NCBI GenBank assembly: GCA_050084515.1
Contig: CM114271.1
Coordinates: forward strand, 36,146,001 to 36,210,000
DNA length: 64,000 nucleotides
DNA from: Blasia pusilla
Lineage: Eukaryota
Direction of reading: 5' to 3'
Positions 1 to 13,509 of the stretch are shown piece by piece; position 1 is the first letter of the stretch; each line of letters opens with the position of its first letter. The notes beneath the pieces are model-generated. The model saw nothing but the letters and a program-made list of their open reading frames with translations. It searched no databases and was not told the DNA's origin. The translations under genes were made by a program, and so were the position numbers.

Positions 1-1016
1 ACTTGTGAGTGTATCTTCGATCATCTCTCGTTTCGATTTCCTCATCTCTGTATATATTTTTGAGGGACCAAGTTTTGTCTACCTTCGATTGTGTCCACTT
101 CTTTTCATGTCCGTGTGCAAAATAAATTCCCTAGAGTTTATCAGTACTACCTTGAGTGATATTTGCTTATGGAAGATAGACCATCCAGTTAAAATAGTTG
201 TCCTCCTTTCTTAACCTGGATGATCTACCTTCCATAAGCAAAGTACTGTGCTACTCAACGTTTTGGTTTCAAAGCACATATGCTAAATTTCTGAGAAGGA
301 TGTATGGGCAGTATTCAAGAGAATATTTCTCACCCTCAAGCTTCAAATTATCTACAAGATATCCTCTTTTAGAGCCTTTTGAAAAGTTCTGCAGTGAAAG
401 AAGCTTTACATGTTCTTTGACACTCACCAATCATAAAAGGTAGAATCGAGTTTGACTTGAAAACTCGTGTTAGCCAATTTTTACCTAGCCTAATTAGCTA
501 CTTTCCATACAGCGTAAAAAGAGAAAGAAACTTTCAATTTTAATGAATTTCGTGTCCTTGTTCAGAATTAGGAAATGCAATGGACATCCAGATTCAAGAT
601 TGTATTCTCTGCAATCGATGCTTATCATAGTTGTGTCGCACCAACATTCTTGGTGTATGCACACCTTTGGATGTGGAAAGATGTTGGGGTATCTAGTTGG
701 AAGCTCAAATATGTTGGAGGTTTGTTGAAAAGCAAGCACATGATGGCATGTTAGAGACGGATCTCAAGGAAAATTCATTACCAATCAAGTCTAAGAATAT
801 GTTGAGACTCTGAACTTTCAACATAATATTGAACCCATATGGTTGTGGGCCATGTGTTTCCACTCTATGGGCATGTTGGAGGGCACAGCAGCTTTGTACA
901 GCATCTATGACTACCCAATGTCTATTACCTGGGGAGAAATTTGTGGGAGCTCTGAGATTAATTTGCACGACATTGTGCATGAGGAGTGATTGTGAAACTT
1001 GTTCAGAGTAACTCAT
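1..1016 (-). pseudogene. Degenerate coding remnant of unknown identity (probably TE-derived)
   Basis: Manual minus-strand translation gives protein-like runs (VKEHVKLLSLQNFSKGSKRGYLVDNLKLEGEKYSLEYCPYILL...) broken by isolated stops; no motif recognised. Confidence 0.25.
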
Positions 1017-1918
1017 GTGGCAAAGCGGATGAAGTGAGGTGGTGGATTTGTTAAAACTTTAACAAGGGTAATCCCTCACAAATGTTTTAATGTGGAAACA
1101 AAGCATGGTGGTGAAGATACTTAAATTGATCTCAAACGCCAACAACTTCTTGTGACTTGGGATTGACTTATCGACGAATGGATTCGTGTTGTAATGCACG
1201 ATTCTACCTCTGAGGATGGGTGCAAGATTTGTGAGAAGGATATCGTGAATCGGAGAAAACAAGAAAAGCGGCATTCGGAAATTTCCAAACGAACTACGAT
1301 TACAGATTCGATTGGAAGAGAGAGAAAGGCAAAACTCCCAAGATCTACAAACTGAAACACAACACTTCAGATTACCCGAGAACTAAACACATCAATCGGA
1401 TTCAATTAGAACGGAGACGGCTTTGAGATACACAAATATCTACAATTTATAGATTACCTAAAACGGGAGATGTCAAATGCGATTAGAGAGAGAACAATAC
1501 GGAATCGATGATTACACACATAAGTGAAGACTTCAAGAGGTTGCGTAGAAACCTTGCAATTTCAGTTCAATTATAGGCACAAGAGAGAAAATACTATCCA
1601 GAAAAATTGACGACTATCCGACCTCTCAAACAACTCAACAACATGCGGACGATAGACAACTTTCCAAGTTCCCTTTAAAATATTACAATTTCAAGTCAAC
1701 CACGAGAGGGAATAGATGTGTGATCAAGCATGTCGAGAAATCTGTCACTTCGATTAGTGAGTCACCTTCAAATTCAGGTGGAAGGAGAGATAGAGTAATG
1801 AATAAAGATAAAGGCAACTTACAGTTTCCAATCCCAAGGAATCAGAAGAGTGGAAGCCGAGAGTGAAGACGAAGAGCGATGGGAGAGGTGGGTGCTGGAG
1901 TGGGCACGACGAGAGAAC

Positions 1919-2168
<250 letters not shown>

Positions 2169-2378
2169 ACTCAGAGAGAGCATGTATCAACAATGTGTAT
2201 CAGGTTTCAACAATGCCGTGTTTGCACTAGAGTTAGCACCTGTATCCGAGCCTTCCTTCGTCCAAAAAAATATTACCAATCTCCCAAAACGCACCATATC
2301 ATACTTTCTCCCAAACAAGCCTCCTTCCCCCTCGCATTGCCTCGCCTCATCATCTTTCAACTTCCTTCCTCAATCGTC

Positions 2379-2502
2379 TCGCCATTGTTAGTAGGGTGTA
2401 GGAGCTTGCAAACGCGGGAATGTGCAAAGCCTTCAAAACCTCGCCCACTGTTAGTAGGGTGCAGGAGCTGCAAACATGGGAATGTGCAAAGCCTTCAAAA
2501 CC
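2379..2502. repeat. 62-bp tandem duplication (2 copies)
   Basis: TCGCC..TGTTAGTAGGGTG.AGGAGC..GCAAAC..GGGAATGTGCAAAGCCTTCAAAACC at 2379-2440 and 2441-2502. Confidence 0.9.
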
Positions 2503-2912
2503 GAATCGCATCGCACCGAAAAACAGAGCCAAAGCCAGGTCCTTGCCACGGCACACTCAACATGTCAAATAAGCCTACAACCCAGCTTGATTGCCACGTT
2601 GGCATAGAAAAAAAAAATGTGATACTCTAGGTGCCCATTCACATGGTGCTAAATTGTTGTCCATTCTTTTAGCATCCATAAAAATTTGGTGGAGAGAGAC
2701 ACCTAAAAATGTTGACCACATTGAGTTGGTTATAATTCCAAGTAGTAAATACCTACCCGTTTGCTTTGCTACATTAAGCATATGAAAAAAATTTACACAA
2801 AATCCAAACATGCGCATGCCCATGATATAAGTAAGAAGGCCCAAATAAGTCTTGAAGATTAGAGGGGTGGAGGTCACATCGCCAAGAAAAACCCTGCAAG
2901 AAATCTCACTGA

Positions 2913-3427
2913 GAAAAATGGAAGGAGCACTAGGAACATTACTTGTAAGTTACTCCTCTTCCACTTTCTTGTTCATTTGATGTTCCTTATCCTCCAAAAC
3001 AAGCCCATAAATCATGAAACTTGATCACACCATGCCCTTCACGTTAGGACCCAAGGGGGAAAAAAAATAAAACCCCAAATGCTTCTTGGGGTTTGGGAGT
3101 TAAAAATCAAAAACCCTTAGCTCAGGTCTTCATTTTTTAATGCAGCATGGAGAATTCTATATAAGATCTTACACCGTCCAAGTTCAAGAGGGGCATGACC
3201 ATCCACAAATTTCAGGTTTAAGCTCCATCCAACGGTGGCATCAAATGATGAGTGGCAACAAAGGTGAAAAATGGAAGGAGGACTAGGAAAAAGACTTGTA
3301 AGTCACTCCTCTTCCACTTTCTCCTTCATTTGATGTTCCTTCTCCTCCAAAACAAGCCCATAAATCATGAAACTTGATCACACCATGCCCTTCATGGTCA
3401 GGGCCCCAAGGAAAAAAATAAAACCCC
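2913..3427. repeat. About 165-bp direct repeat (copies near 2913-3076 and 3266-3427)
   Basis: Shared GAAAAATGGAAGGAG...CTCCAAAACAAGCCCATAAATCATGAAACTTGATCACACCATGCCCTTCA...AAAATAAAACCCC. Confidence 0.9.
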
Positions 3428-3939
3428 CTCAACCAAGAGTCGAAAAAAAAAGAAACGGTTCCTAGATAGCCACCCCAACCCCACGAACACAGGGAAGAAG
3501 AAAAAACTTCAAATGATCACTCACACATTGAATAAAAAATCGTAATCCCTAAATAAGGACTTTGATTTTTGGTACTAGCATAGAGGGCTATAGGATAGAT
3601 CCGAACCGTTGCAATTGTGGAGGCATTAAATAAGAAGGCATGTGCCAACTTTCAAGACCATCTAATGGTTGGAAGAAGAGTCAACACCATAATAACATGA
3701 AATTGCAACAAGGATTCGAAACAATCCTACTTAATGCCCTCCTCCCCCATCATGACACCTCTTTTCGACCCTCCCACCTCAACGAGGGGTCGAAGAATGA
3801 GAGAATTAATGCAAAGTCTTGTGCTTACTTTTATCACCATCTTATGGTTGGATGAAAATATATCTCCATGTTAACATGAAAATGACACAAGGACTCTGAA
3901 TAATCCTACTCAAAATGGGAGCATGAAATCATTTAAACA

Positions 3940-4158
3940 TATGAGTCGTTCTTTATGACTCATCTTTACTAGGCGAGTGAAACAAGTCGACTAAGCCGTG
4001 ACTAGTGGGTATTGAAAACTTCTTTAGTCATAAGGAGATGACTCAATGAGTTGTACGACCCTAAATTTTATGACTAAACCATTTAAGTACTAATTTGAGT
4101 CATTCTTTTTGTGAGTCATTTAAAGTCTAGTCATAAAAACCACCCTTTTCTTCTAGTG
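3940..4158. mobile_element. Right terminus of a CACTA (En/Spm) DNA transposon with subterminal repeats
   Basis: Ends ...AGTCATAAAAACCACCCTTTTCTTCTAGTG at 4158 (reverse complement CACTAGAAGAAAAgggtGGTTTTTATGACT); many ATGACT/AGTCAT subterminal motifs; matches the terminus at 56959. Confidence 0.85.
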
Positions 4159-4582
4159 CTCGGTGGATTGCTATCAGGGAAGTCTTCTAGAGTGGACAGT
4201 TTCAACCAGAGAGGGAAAGGTCGGATGCTTTCCATTGGCAATAGTCTCTGACCCGGTACACCAAATCTTGCATCAAGGAGAATAAGAGGACCAAGCATGT
4301 CACTCTACTCCAACGTTGCAAGGACAGCAAAACCTTGAAACAGGCCATGGAATGCCAAGAAGAACTTCATGGGTGATGGAGGAAGCATGCGATTGAGGGG
4401 AAGTACAAAGAGTTATGCTCTGGCTCAGTTGGTGGACTGTACAAATGAGACAATGGGGAAACTTCAAGCGGCAGGTCAGTTCACTATTTTGTCTTGTCTA
4501 GCTCATGTTGAGAATTTTTTGAAAAGTTGCAGCTCAATTTGAGAAGCGTTGGCACTATAGGGATTTCAAATCGAAGAAACCA

Positions 4583-5050
4583 AGCAACCCGTCGGATGCA
4601 ATGGGTTGCCTAAGTGTGCAACGAGTCGGAAACCGACGTGTTGCATCAAGAATGTTTGTGTTACCTGTCGAAGGGCGACATCATGCCCGAGGAATGTTTG
4701 TGCAACCCGTCGGAACCCGACGGGTTGCAAGTTGCGTGTATACCAGGCCTGCAAATAGTTTGACCCGGATGGATTGCAAGTCGTAAGGCTGCGAGTTAAC
4801 TCGGTCTGCAACCCGTCGGATTCCAGCAAGTTGCATCCGTATGCAACTCCTCGCATTCAGACAGGTTGCATCCGTATGCAACTCCTCGCATTCAGACAGT
4901 TTGCGGCTGTCTCCAAGTTGCATCCATACACGTTGCATCAATTCAAGTTAACTCGAACCCGTCAGATTCCAATGGTTGCAAAGCTTCGTGTGTGGACACT
5001 TCTTGCAAGCCAACGGAGTCATTCATGGGATGCCTCCGACTTGCAACCCC
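4583..5050. repeat. Cluster of GCAACCCGTCGG/CCGACGGGTTGC hairpin motifs plus a 35-bp tandem duplication
   Basis: Perfect hairpin TGCAACCCGTCGG-aac-CCGACGGGTTGCA at 4701-4729; degenerate copies near 4583, 4618, 4808 and 6661; TTGCATCCGTATGCAACTCCTCGCATTCAGACAG occurs twice at about 4831-4899. Confidence 0.85.
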
Positions 5051-5285
5051 AACACAAGTGGAGCAAAAAGTGTTCATTCCTCCTAGAGGTCGTCACAAGC
5101 ATGCCAAAGAATTTCCCTTGTGGAGGCATGCCAACAAGACCAGGCAAGAGCAATGCTACAATCTGCAGCATCCCATATCTTCCTCACAAAAGGCATAATA
5201 AAAGGAAGGGGGCCTTTGATTTATGAGCTCTATGTTAGGGCGGATGTGAGATCTGGTGATGAGAATCTCTATGTGGTAAGATCTC

Positions 5286-6480
5286 ATGATGAGAATCTCT
5301 CACATTGGTGGGGAAATTCATGGGCGTGTTTCAAGACGTCCCATACACATGGTGGTAGAGCATTTCGAGCGAGACACGTGGAGACCAGATAAGTATCTTG
5401 ACTTCAGAAAAGTGAAGAGGCAGCATCGAGGAACGAACCCGGTGATTGATTTGGATGAAGAAATAACGCCGCCTAGGTATTCGGAGACCCCGGATTGCTC
5501 CAAAATCCGTGATCCAGTAACTTCTCCAAAATCATTGAATATTTTATTTCAAAAGCCCTCCGTTGCTGGAAGTTCGCAACATCCGGTCGCTGGGGTGGTT
5601 CAAAAGTATGGGATTCCGGTCATTGAAGTGGATTGCAACCTCAAAAGGTGGCATATATTTTGGAGCAACCTTGGACGTGGACCCACTTGCAAGGCAGGAT
5701 CTGATGGCATTAGGAGAGCATGCGGCACTTTCCTAAATAAGGACAAGACGACCACTCCCTGGATTTTGGGGACCCAAAACCTTTGATCGTTTCACGAGGA
5801 GCGCGGATCAATTGAACTACTTCTTCCGCCCAAATGAATCTTGCACTTTCCGACAGTCTTATCCGGCTGCCATTAGAGCTCCAGGGAATACCCCCACGAT
5901 TTGGCCCATTGCCGCAGATACGAATTGCATTGAGGACGAAGTGGACAATCTTACAAGTGTCGATTTCAGACTTCTAGACAGAGGAAGTTTAGAGCATGTT
6001 CGCATTACAAAGACCTTCGAATTTTGTATTCAACCCAAGATTGATGTTAACATGTATGCGGAGAAGGTAGATGATCTCAATCCACTATTTTTGTTTGAGT
6101 CTAGAAATGGGGTGAAGAGAAACAGAATGTGTAGGCCAATGGTGGAGAGAGCAAAGCGAATCGCATAAGCTCGGGAGGCAAACATGGAAATCATCGCCAC
6201 AAAAGATGTCCATAGTGGGAATGGAATAGGAAGGACGTAATGGGTCAGGAACAACACTGTAAATTCAAGTGTCATAGGGATGTATGTGGTGCACATCTGT
6301 TGCTTCCCCATATTTTTCTGTGATGACTTTGTCCAAAGAGAGACAAGTGGGAAAAGGTATTTCCCTTGTAAGCATATGTACTATGTGTTGCTTGTAGTTT
6401 TAAGAGAGTCGGAGATAGGAGTAGGAATCCACCAACAATTCTGTCCCTCAAAGAAGTGCGAAGTATTTTAAACAAACCAC
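5286..6480 (+). pseudogene. Fragmented gene ending in a SWIM-type zinc finger (possibly MULE-like TE cargo)
   Basis: Collinear ORF fragments 5286-5786, 5812-6168 and 6280-6471; the last reads YVVHICCFPIFFCDDFVQRETSGKRYFPCKHMYYVL, fitting a degenerate SWIM CxC-xn-CKH pattern. Confidence 0.55.
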
Positions 6481-8567
6481 TTTGAGGATGCAAAATGAGG
6501 TTTTAGATTGTACTTTCATTTTCTAGAACCTTCACTTTGAGCTTGAACTCTATTCAGCCCAGAGCAAATGATAGATTTTTCGAGACCTTGGATGGAAAAA
6601 GTGATTTGTTCCACATTTATGATTCCACTGATTTTTCAGTTTTTAAAATTTTGTGCTAATTGCAACCCGTCGAATTCAGATGGGTTGCCAAAATGTGGAA
6701 GACAAAAAATAATCAGTAGGAGTGCCTAAGCACTAAAAACAAAAATGCAAAAAAATTCACAAAAATGTTTCCTCTCTTCAACCCAACGGAAACTCTCTTC
6801 AAATCACAGGAAACTCTCTTAAGAGAAAAGTATCTCTTTGGGTTGAAGGTAGTTTCCTCTCGGCTCTCTCCTCTCTTCCTCTCTTCCTCTCCTCTTATCG
6901 CTCCTCAGTACAAACTGAGATATTGGCCAAAAACGACTATGAGAGCAATCGGGTTGAGGGCCAATTGGAGAGGCGCGAGTGTCTTTCCCTAAATGTAGGG
7001 AACCTTGGAGATCCCTAGAAGTACTCGTAAGGGAGGAGCCTCTCCAAGATGTCTTGGAACATGAATCCCCATTTTGAGCACCAAACAACGTCTTAGAGGC
7101 ACGGGATGGAATGAGAGTTTGGCGTTGGAACTCGAAACCCAAACTTGATTCAAGGGAGTGGACTTTGTACGCCACAGCTGGATTCTGATACGAGATTCAC
7201 TTTATGCGAGTCTTGGTTAGGGACTCATTGGATGTCCATTGGAAAATTGGAACCGTGAGGCGCGAAATGCCGTTTGAGGTTCCTAAACCAATCAGAAAGT
7301 TTGTCCCAAGTCTTTCGAGACTTGCCTATGTTGTAACCGTGAAACTAGGAAGTTTGAGCTTGATGAAAGACTGAGACGAGAACTCAAAAAGTTAGCCTTC
7401 TGATTGATTCAAGGCCCGACTAACTTGAGTGCATTTTTGGATGTAGATCAGCGTTGAGAGCGTGACCTATTGAACGCACGCTTCCGCAACAAAGATTAAC
7501 GTTCAAGGAGAGTAGGCGCACGACACTTTACGAAGCGGAAAAGTGTTTTAAGAATAGGGATAGAAAGATAGGAAATGTTTTGAAGGCAGCGGAGTGAAAG
7601 AAAGTTGAAAGGAGGACTCTTCGCGGCGGCAGAAGGATAAGGGTTTTCTCGCGAAGATAAGAGCGCAAAGATAGGACTACAAAGCAAATATTGCAAAGAG
7701 CGTGAAGACTAAACCGTCGTGGCAGTTTCAGAAGCCAAAAATGGAACGACGTAGTAGTTAAAGAGGGAGGGGAAATGAATCGCCAATGGAACCAACCATC
7801 TTGGGAAGGTGGAGGGTTGGAGAATCTGAATGGAGAAAGCAGGAGTAGTAGTTAGAAATCTAGATTAGAATTGGAAGAGCAATCAAGGATTGTAAAAGAC
7901 TATTTAAAGAATAAATTAGAAGAAGAAGGGATCATTCCCTTGTGTCTTGAATTCCCCAATACTGTTATGTATATCTTGAGTTTACCAGCAGTCTTGGTGA
8001 GTGTGTAGGAAGTTTTCTTGAGGGATGATCCAAGCTGGAGAGTCTTTTACTTTCTCAAGCTTGTAATACTTTTTTAGTTCTTTCCACTCTTTGATGCAGA
8101 AGAAGAGGCTTCTCTCATGCTTTCTGATGTGCAGAGTTGAGTGTAAGACCTTATTAGGCTGTAGTAGAGAGAGAGTTGAGTCTTGAAGTTTCAAAATTCC
8201 AGAAGATAATGAGGAAGAAGTGTAGACAGTGAATAACTTGCCATGACAGATTTAGTTCTGAAAGTAGGGTGAGACGCCAATCTTGAGGTATCTTGGAGGT
8301 CTTTGTGGGGCTTTGTTATTCAAGATTCACAAGAGTTTTTGTGTGCACTTGAGAAGAGTCTTTTCCAAGAGGAAAGAAAATCCTTTTATTCTTTTGTACA
8401 TGTAAGATAGTGTCGTTGAAGTAGGAGTTTATTCTTGATTTTCTTTATAAAACCTCTCTTTACTCAGGAAACAGTGATCTCTTGGGAATGAACTTAGTAC
8501 TTTGTGATAGAAAGAGTATCTTTTTCCTAGAGTTGTACATTGCATAAGGAAATAGGTAAGAGAATTT

Positions 8568-8587
8568 TGGCGCCGCTGCCGGGGATC
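8568..8587 (+). promoter_or_regulatory. Primer-binding site complementary to the tRNA-Asp 3' end
   Basis: TGGCGCCGCTGCCGGGGATC, one mismatch from the Athila-type PBS TGGCGCCGTTGCCGGGGA. Confidence 0.8.
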
Positions 8588-8988
8588 ACTAGATCTCCCA
8601 AGCAAGGAGAGGTAGCAAGAGAGTAGAATATGGGAGTAGAACAAGTCTTAGGACCCCCACTTGGTATAAGACGGGTACTGCTGGCGGAGAATCCTCCTAC
8701 AGAGAGAGTACTGTGGAACTAAGAAGCTCATCCAAAGAGTCTTTATTCCCATGGAGTGGAGCCTCGAGTGCGGGGTGAGGCGTTTAAGATCTTTTCAAGT
8801 TCTAGATAGATCGGGAAAGAAGCATTGAAACGCACGAGCAAAAATTTGAGCAACGAAGAAGAGAAATAGAAGAGCGAAGTGCCTGGAGACTACCAAGGAC
8901 ACCTGTAAAGAACGGTTCCCCTATTCGTCCAAAGCCTACGAGGCGAAGACGAGAAAGGAGGAAGTCGCCTACGCCTCGTAATTCACCA

Positions 8989-9792
8989 ATGAAGCCAGAC
9001 CCAGAAGAGGAGTGGGATCAGTCTCACCATAACAGTTTGGACAGAGAGAATAAAAACAGTACCATAGGGGACATGCCTTTTCCATCCGGTGGCAGAAGTC
9101 CTCACAGCAGCAAAGACAACGAAGCACCAATGACACAACCACGCAACTCCCTACTGAGATATCCCACCTTTGCATGAAGCAAGAGAGATGATACGCATGA
9201 CTTTATTCTAGACTTTACCCATGTAGCAAAAGCAAATGGAGAAGGATCAGAGGAAGATCTTCTTAGAGTCTTTCTTGGACTCGTAAAGAAGCGTGCTAGT
9301 CAGTGCTATGAGGGGATAGACGCAAAGCACTTGGAAACTTGGAAGACCCTTCTTAAGGCGTTCCTTCATGAGTTTCGGGACTTAGAATTTGATGATCGTC
9401 CGCTTACAAAGCTTAGCGATCTTGAAAAAAGGAAGAAAGAGACTTTGAGAGAGTACACTTAGAGGTTTCGCAGCTTGGCTGGTAAGTTGGAGCACACCAC
9501 TATGGCACAGTTGGTAGATTGGTATGTGTCGAGTTTATCCAAGGAGATAGATCGCTACTATTGCAGGGGGCAACATGGTTCGTTAGCAGTTTTCATCGCC
9601 TTTGCAGAAGCTTATAAGGCTTCAAAGAAGTCGAGGTGGACGCGAAAGAAGAGACATCAAAGGAAGCGGACGAGCTCTTCATCAGAAGAGTCTTCGCCTT
9701 CTTCTGACTCTTTGGATACCTCGGCAGCAGGCAACACTAGGAGCAAAGACTCAGACTCCAAGGAAGACTCCAAAGGCAAGAAGAAGAAGTAA
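8989..9792 (+). pseudogene. gag: Retrotransposon gag (two in-frame stops)
   Basis: Read-through gives YPTFA*SKRDDTHDFILDF...LETWKTLLKAFLHEF...LEKRKKETLREYT*RFRSLAGKL...WYVSSL, a typical retrotransposon gag pattern. Confidence 0.8.
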
Positions 9793-10968
9793 TCAAGATG
9801 CCCAAGACGGTGTTGTATAGTAAAATCAGCCAGTGTGTAAACTCCTTCCTCATTAAGTGTTAGTATTAAGTAAATTAGCTTAGGAAAAGGAAATTCTCAT
9901 GTTTAAACTTCTTTATAGTGCCTCTTTTATGCGGGCCCTCTTTTATGCGGGCCCAACTTTAGGAAAAGAGGTAATAAATAAAAGATGACTTTATAAAAGT
10001 AAAGTAGTGAGGTTGGTGTTTTAATGAAAAACAAAAGTAGTCTTGGTTATAAGTGGGTAAAAGAGGATATTTTGGAAGATATAAGAGGAAATCTACTTGT
10101 GTCAAAATATGATTGGCCTTGATAGGAAGCCATGTGGCATAAGATAAGATTAGTTCTATTTTTTACTCTTGTGGATCCCTTGTGAGTATATAAAGAGGAG
10201 GGACCTTCAAAGGTTAATCACCTTCTATTTCACATCTTGAGTCTCTCCTGTCACTCTTGAGTGTATGGTTTTGGGATTGCTTGCTCTTCCAATGAGAGTG
10301 GATCACCCTTCTTGGGAGACTAACTTGACCATGGTCTATTCTTCGAGAGGTTTCTAGAGTGTGGTGTGTGTGAAGATGAGAGGCTTGTCACCTTAGAGGA
10401 GTTTAGTCATACTAAAATAGTGAATTTTTTGGCTTGTTATTTTCCGAATGAGACTTGATGAACTCTCTTGGGAGAATAATTCCGCCAAAACCCATTCTTG
10501 AGAAGACTAGAGAATGTCTATCAAGCATGGATAGGGGACGAGCACAAGTTGTGCTCGACTTTCCTTTCCTCAATCCTTATCATGTTAAGGTACTCTTTGT
10601 AGATAGGCACGGGTTCACTCGCTATTTAGTTTATCACTTTGGGGATGCGTTCATGAACCAGATCATGCAATGTCCAACTCCGGTGATTCTTCCTATCGTC
10701 ACATATGGAAGGACATGGGATTGTACTTTGTATGTTCTTATATAGCGCTCCATAGACGTCAATAGGCCTGCTCAAGTAGGGTTTGACACTAGTTGTGCTC
10801 TCTTCCTCGTATACAAGCCTAAAGTAGTTTATAAGGATTTTATAGTTAGGAATTTCAGGGCCCGATGGTATGAAGAAGTGATCGCCTTGGCACTTCCTTT
10901 GGTGATGGAAGCTTACAACTTCTTGAAGGATTTGGCTACCAGCCCAGCAAATATATCTTTATCTGTAG

Positions 10969-11010
10969 TTACTTATGGATAATCCCATTTATGGGATTAT
11001 CCATAAGTAA
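10969..11010. repeat. Perfect inverted repeat, 20-bp arms and 2-nt loop
   Basis: TTACTTATGGATAATCCCAT-tt-ATGGGATTATCCATAAGTAA; extends imperfectly to about 10960-11019. Confidence 0.95.
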
Positions 11011-13509
11011 TTGTAGATATGCCTAGGAGATTGAGACATGGCGACTCTACTATGATCCACACTATGTGTCATGGATGGAGTCGTTCCTAGATGAGGAAGA
11101 GGAGTCAGGAGAGAATACTTCCTCTTTCACTAGTGATGCTTTAGGAGGGGTCACTCGCATTGGAGCAGTTGCACCGTTTAGTCGGATGCGTTCCTAGTTT
11201 AACCCCGTGGTTGAGTTCTTTGCTGAGTTGCGGGCGAGCTACCAAGGGGTACGGACAGAGAAGTTGCAGAGCATCCACGACTTCCAGAGGCGCCCGGGTA
11301 AGAGTTTTCTTGAGGCTTACACTCGCTTGCGCCGGTTGATCAACGCCACCCAGGGGGTGATAGAGGCTCAAGCTACCCAATCATGGTACGCGATGTTGGA
11401 TAAAACGATGAGGACACGGATGCGGGAGGGGGTGCTTCTTATGAACACCTCCCCTACGTTGAGAGATATTTTTAGGACCGTCAAGAACATTGATCATAAC
11501 ATGGCAGAGAAGGGCGTAGCCACCATGGGTTCTAGGCCAGAGCAATCACGATTTCTGCACCACCAGTGCAACAACGTGGATTCCGAGATAGGTTTGTGGC
11601 ACCAAAAGCTTAGGGAGGATACCATGAGGCCGTGCCTCAGAGACGTGTGCCTTCATATGCGACTTAGCAGAAGCCGCGTGGGATTATTTGTTGGGCATGT
11701 GGTGGAGCCCATCACCACCGCAATTGCACTTGTCACGATCATCGACACGTGCCTCAGCTTGGAGAAGGAGATGGTTCTGCACGAGGAGGTAATTAGTGTG
11801 ACTATTGTCAAAGGTACGGTCATACAGGCGCCAGGTGTTTCAATTTGCATCCTGAGTTACGTGCGGACCGAGGGCCAGAGAGGGCACCAGAGCAAGTTGC
11901 GAGTCTGAGTGGGCCTAGAGGTTGTGCACCAGGTGGTTCCGTTGGGGCATGAGGAGCTGGAGTTGCCCAAGAGGTTGGTGGAGTTTCCAGTGGAGGAGGT
12001 AGAGTTCCACCACCTAGACGGGTTGAGGGAGACGCCGAGCGTGAGGCTGGGATTGCTGCTCAGATATAGCAGCTACAGCAACATATTGCTGGTATGGCAC
12101 TGGGATTATCCGATGCTGGATCGATGGCATCGATGTCTTATGGAGCAGCTAGAGATATGGAGGATGTGTGTTGGATGTGCGAGGTTGCCCAGATGGAGGC
12201 CACCATAGTTGTCACACGTGGAGAAGCCGTAGAGTTGGATCTATAGCAAGGAAAAGCCAAGAAACAGACCAGGCTTCTTTAGTCTTTCACGCTATCTAAG
12301 GCGATGAGGATCCCATGGATGGGTCCTGATCCGAGTTCTTTGAGAGTTGGTGATGTTGTTGGTGTGTAGGCATAGAGGGCGATGGGAGAGGTAAGTGCGA
12401 CAACTCCTATCGCTTATGCTCAGGAGGAGCATGTGTTGAGCGCATTGTTGGGGGCCACCATTGTGTACCGCGCTCCTTTATTTTCTGCTTTCGATGTTAT
12501 GACGTTGGGTGGTACGCCTGCCGAGGTTTTTTGGTTGGACGCTACGCTATGTGAGCGTGGAGTTGGAGTTCCTACATCAGGTTCAAAGGTGATTGCAAAG
12601 GAGGTGATGGACGTGCTCTTGGAGCCGATGTTCGGGCCGTCCACATCAGATTCATGGCAGGTTGTGGCTACTAGGATGGCGGAGATGTCCACTAGACCCA
12701 CGATAGAGTGTGCCATGGCTTCTCCTAGTGTTGTGTTATTGGGTAACTCGGGAGAGGTCTTCAAATTGGTGAGTCTAGGAGGTAGAGCTTTAAGTCCACA
12801 GCGCATCTTGTTGGATTTAGGAGCACAACCCCTGATGTTGGGGAAAGCGGCATTCAGAGGTTTGGGCCTGACCTAGGCCGATGTGGAGTTGTCATTCAAG
12901 ATACAGACATCCTTCGGTGGAGCGAGTACCACACAATATATCATTCGACATGAGGTCGTGGTGAGAATTCTCCCAGGATATCCTACAGATGAGTCGGTGG
13001 TGCAAGCCAAGGCGATAGTGACCGATGCAGAGTCCTACGACGTCTTGGTTGGTGGAACAATGTTGTATCCGATGGGGTTTTCCTTGGATTACTGGGAGGA
13101 GTCAACATCCTAAAACCAAGATGGCAGTTTGGTGATGGACAAATTTGTTCATTAATCGTTCGATTCACGGGTGGAGTGATCGAGCAACGGCCAAGAGAGA
13201 TGGCGACCTTAGCAGCATTTACTAGTGCCATCACTTGGACAAGTGATTTGATTGAGGGACATGTCCATGCAGAGGAATTACCATTTTTGACATTTCTATA
13301 GAGAGCAGTGTCATGGTAGCCGCATTATTCTGTGGAGGAGAGGTGCCGCTTTGGGGCTCGACTAAGGAGCTTCGACACTTAGCCGCTGAGCATGTGCAAA
13401 CCGTATGGAGAGAGACGTTTGCACCAGAGCGTGATGGGTGAAAGGAACCCGAGGTAGCCAAGAGTGCTATTATGACCCCTTTTGACGCCACCCCTGAGGA
13501 GAGTATTCA

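Larger units (their letters stand above)
6994..9810 (+). mobile_element. Truncated non-chromovirus Ty3/Gypsy (Athila/Tat-like) element: LTR-like region, PBS and gag
   Basis: PBS at 8568-8587 followed by gag; 5' boundary approximate; broken at about 9810. Confidence 0.65.

Noticed and set aside
4420-4470. tRNA or SINE from the A-box-like TGGCTCAGTTGG
   Set aside because: No convincing B box or cloverleaf.
9836-10788. Solo LTR TGTAAAC...GTTTGACA
   Set aside because: No clean TSD, and a reading frame appears to continue across the proposed end.
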